From Laetmonice hystrix (taxonomy: Eukaryota), in NCBI GenBank assembly GCA_965235115.1, contig OZ249437.1, forward strand, positions 46,872,001 through 46,936,000: DNA of 64,000 nt. The letters run 5' to 3'. Made by a program: the position numbers and the translations under genes. The notes beneath the pieces are model-generated. The model did not search any database. It saw nothing but the letters and a program-made list of their open reading frames with translations, and was not told the origin of the DNA. The first letter of the stretch is position 1. Every line of letters begins with the position of its first letter. Below are positions 61,876-64,000 of this stretch, one piece after another.

Positions 61876-64000
61876 AAAACATTAAGATCACTAAAGAGGA
61901 ATCCTTATTCCTCGGTTGGGGGTGGGGGTAGGGGTGGTGGTGGTGGGGGTGGGGCCTTAAATGAATAAAATCAAATTGCCGGCTTCAGTGAGATGGACCC
62001 TGCATGTATGTTGACATGCACGTATGTGGTGACAAGAGACCACTTGGCCACGTCCAACACGTGTCATACTGTGTACCAGCAGATCGTGATGATTTAATGA
62101 GCGGTGACACAACACGCAATCAGTGATAGAACGCCTTCATCCCGTGTCGCCGAGTGATGGCGCTGTCGGCGGTCTTGGAAACACCTCTCACTCCTTGCCT
62201 CCTAGTCACTGCACGCTCGGCCACGTCCATGTCCGACTCAACTCGCTATTATAGAGGATTCCGGACCCAATAATGAATTAAATTGTATGGATGGGGCGAG
62301 TTCCAATCTTTAAATTGATAATCGCATGGAAATCCCACGGGAAATAGTGAATAGGAATGGCGGCAATTTTTGGAGTTACTGCTTCATTTCACTGCGACTT
62401 AGTTAAAGGAATACCCCTTTCAATCACCCCTTTCAAAACATTGGATGATTAGGAAGCAAATACAGCCGGGCGACTTCCATCCTTTAATACTTAGTAACGG
62501 TTGCATTTTTGATTGATTCTCTTCATTCCTCCTGTAGAAGAAAGCTTCACTTTCCCGCGGTAAACCTGACTAAATATGGAATCATCAGCTAGGGAAGTTC
62601 TCTCTATCTCTCTCCTGTTATCTGGCTACTATAATGGTTTTCTACACGATGTATGAATGGTCTATACATCTATTATCATGGAACCCTCGCCCAATTCAGG
62701 ATCTACTCTATGTAATGCCGTATGATTTGTCTAGTTGATTGCTCCCGTTTTCTCATGAAAAACCAACAAAGAAAACAAACAGAGTTCTCAATATGATCTA
62801 ACGGATAGGCAGGTATACGTTATCACTTCCTGGGTATACTAAGTGATGGAGGCCACAAGCTGTTATCAGAAGATACCAATAAATATAAACCTGCACACTT
62901 GGGAGCTCAGAGCAATAAAACTATACTCTTAGCTGGTAAGCTGTCAATCGTATCCAGTTTCACACCTTGTCATATAAAACAGAGAAGAGAATGAAGGTGT
63001 ATCCAGTTTCGTGGCTGCAGCAGGGCTCACGCTTGTTTCCTTGATTACAGCATACAGAACCAAATCCCATGTTACAAGTGAATCCTACCCCCTGCTTCAC
63101 AAGGTCCTGCCTCCTAAGGCTCTTCAAGCCTCCCAAGTGGTCCTATATTCGGCGATACCTTAGAACTTGGGCGCTAAATCTGCCGTCGGCGATGCCATAC
63201 GCTATCATACCTTAACTGCCCAATTTACGCATGTTTGATAACATATAAGACCAAGGTTTAGGTACTCTATATAACCTTCGTGCAGATTATGTAATCCATC
63301 CTCTCAATAACACGCCAATGGTCAATGTCGTACAACTGCTTGCTCAATAATACCACCGAATAAATTATATTGAAAACTCTTAAAATCGTTGATAAACGAT
63401 GAATCTACCTTATAGTTTCTGTTGCTTGCACACAATTTTTGTCTCGGTGTTATCTAGGAAAATAAAATAAAAAATTCCTAAACAAAAATCAAGCACGACA
63501 TTCTCACAGGATGAATCAGCTATGGACCCAGGGCCAGATCCAGATCCACTACTTGCCAATTTTGGTACGGTTGGCCATAGTCCACAAATAAACACGCGAA
63601 TACAATCCTGCCGTTCTTTATTCAGATTTAGGTCTACTACGGCCAACCATATCCGTACACCATCAAAATAGTATTGTATCTTGAATTTGTACAATTTTCC
63701 TACCAAAAAAACCCGATAATCTCCAAGGAAACCTAGCACTGAACATCGCACACCAACTCCTCACTCAGAGACAATAATTTATGACACCCATTTCTGATGT
63801 ACCCTTGCACTCACTGTGACCCGAGAACCTGTCATTTGGAAGCGCAAATTAGCAGCTTGCCTGGGGATAATTTCCTCTTCTGCAGCAAAATGACTTAAAT
63901 CAGTTCTGCTCTGCAGGCCTCATTAGCATGAAGAATATGCGGCATGCTGGCGAATGTTTAATTATAAGGCCGTACCTGTTAGCACTCCATCTCCCCTGGT

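Overview
This is eukaryotic (metazoan) nuclear DNA: gene-poor, repeat-rich, with no operons, rRNA, tRNA or CRISPR. The transposon types, minisatellite load and an RI-like LRR relic are compatible with a marine invertebrate such as a cephalochordate, but this is inference only. Well-supported content: eight minisatellite arrays (33-65 bp units, plus a CT-rich compound array), several microsatellites and local duplications, a TTAA-flanked Kolobok-type MITE with 144-bp TIRs (51015-51465), and a young 5'-truncated CR1-group (L2/Crack-like) LINE (59618-60076). Nearly all long ORFs in the supplied track are artefacts of these repeats. Lower confidence: a spliced minus-strand gene may start at 29792, with frame-compatible Ser/Pro-rich candidate exons, and there are many short coding-like relics broken by stops. 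The most interesting pattern is that three minisatellites are tandem copies of the 3' end plus 5' splice donor of a minus-strand candidate exon, and two more reiterate a minus-strand acceptor. No gene could be named. I cannot claim a novel system from sequence alone; the splice-site-seeded arrays are the best lead and need RNA-seq.
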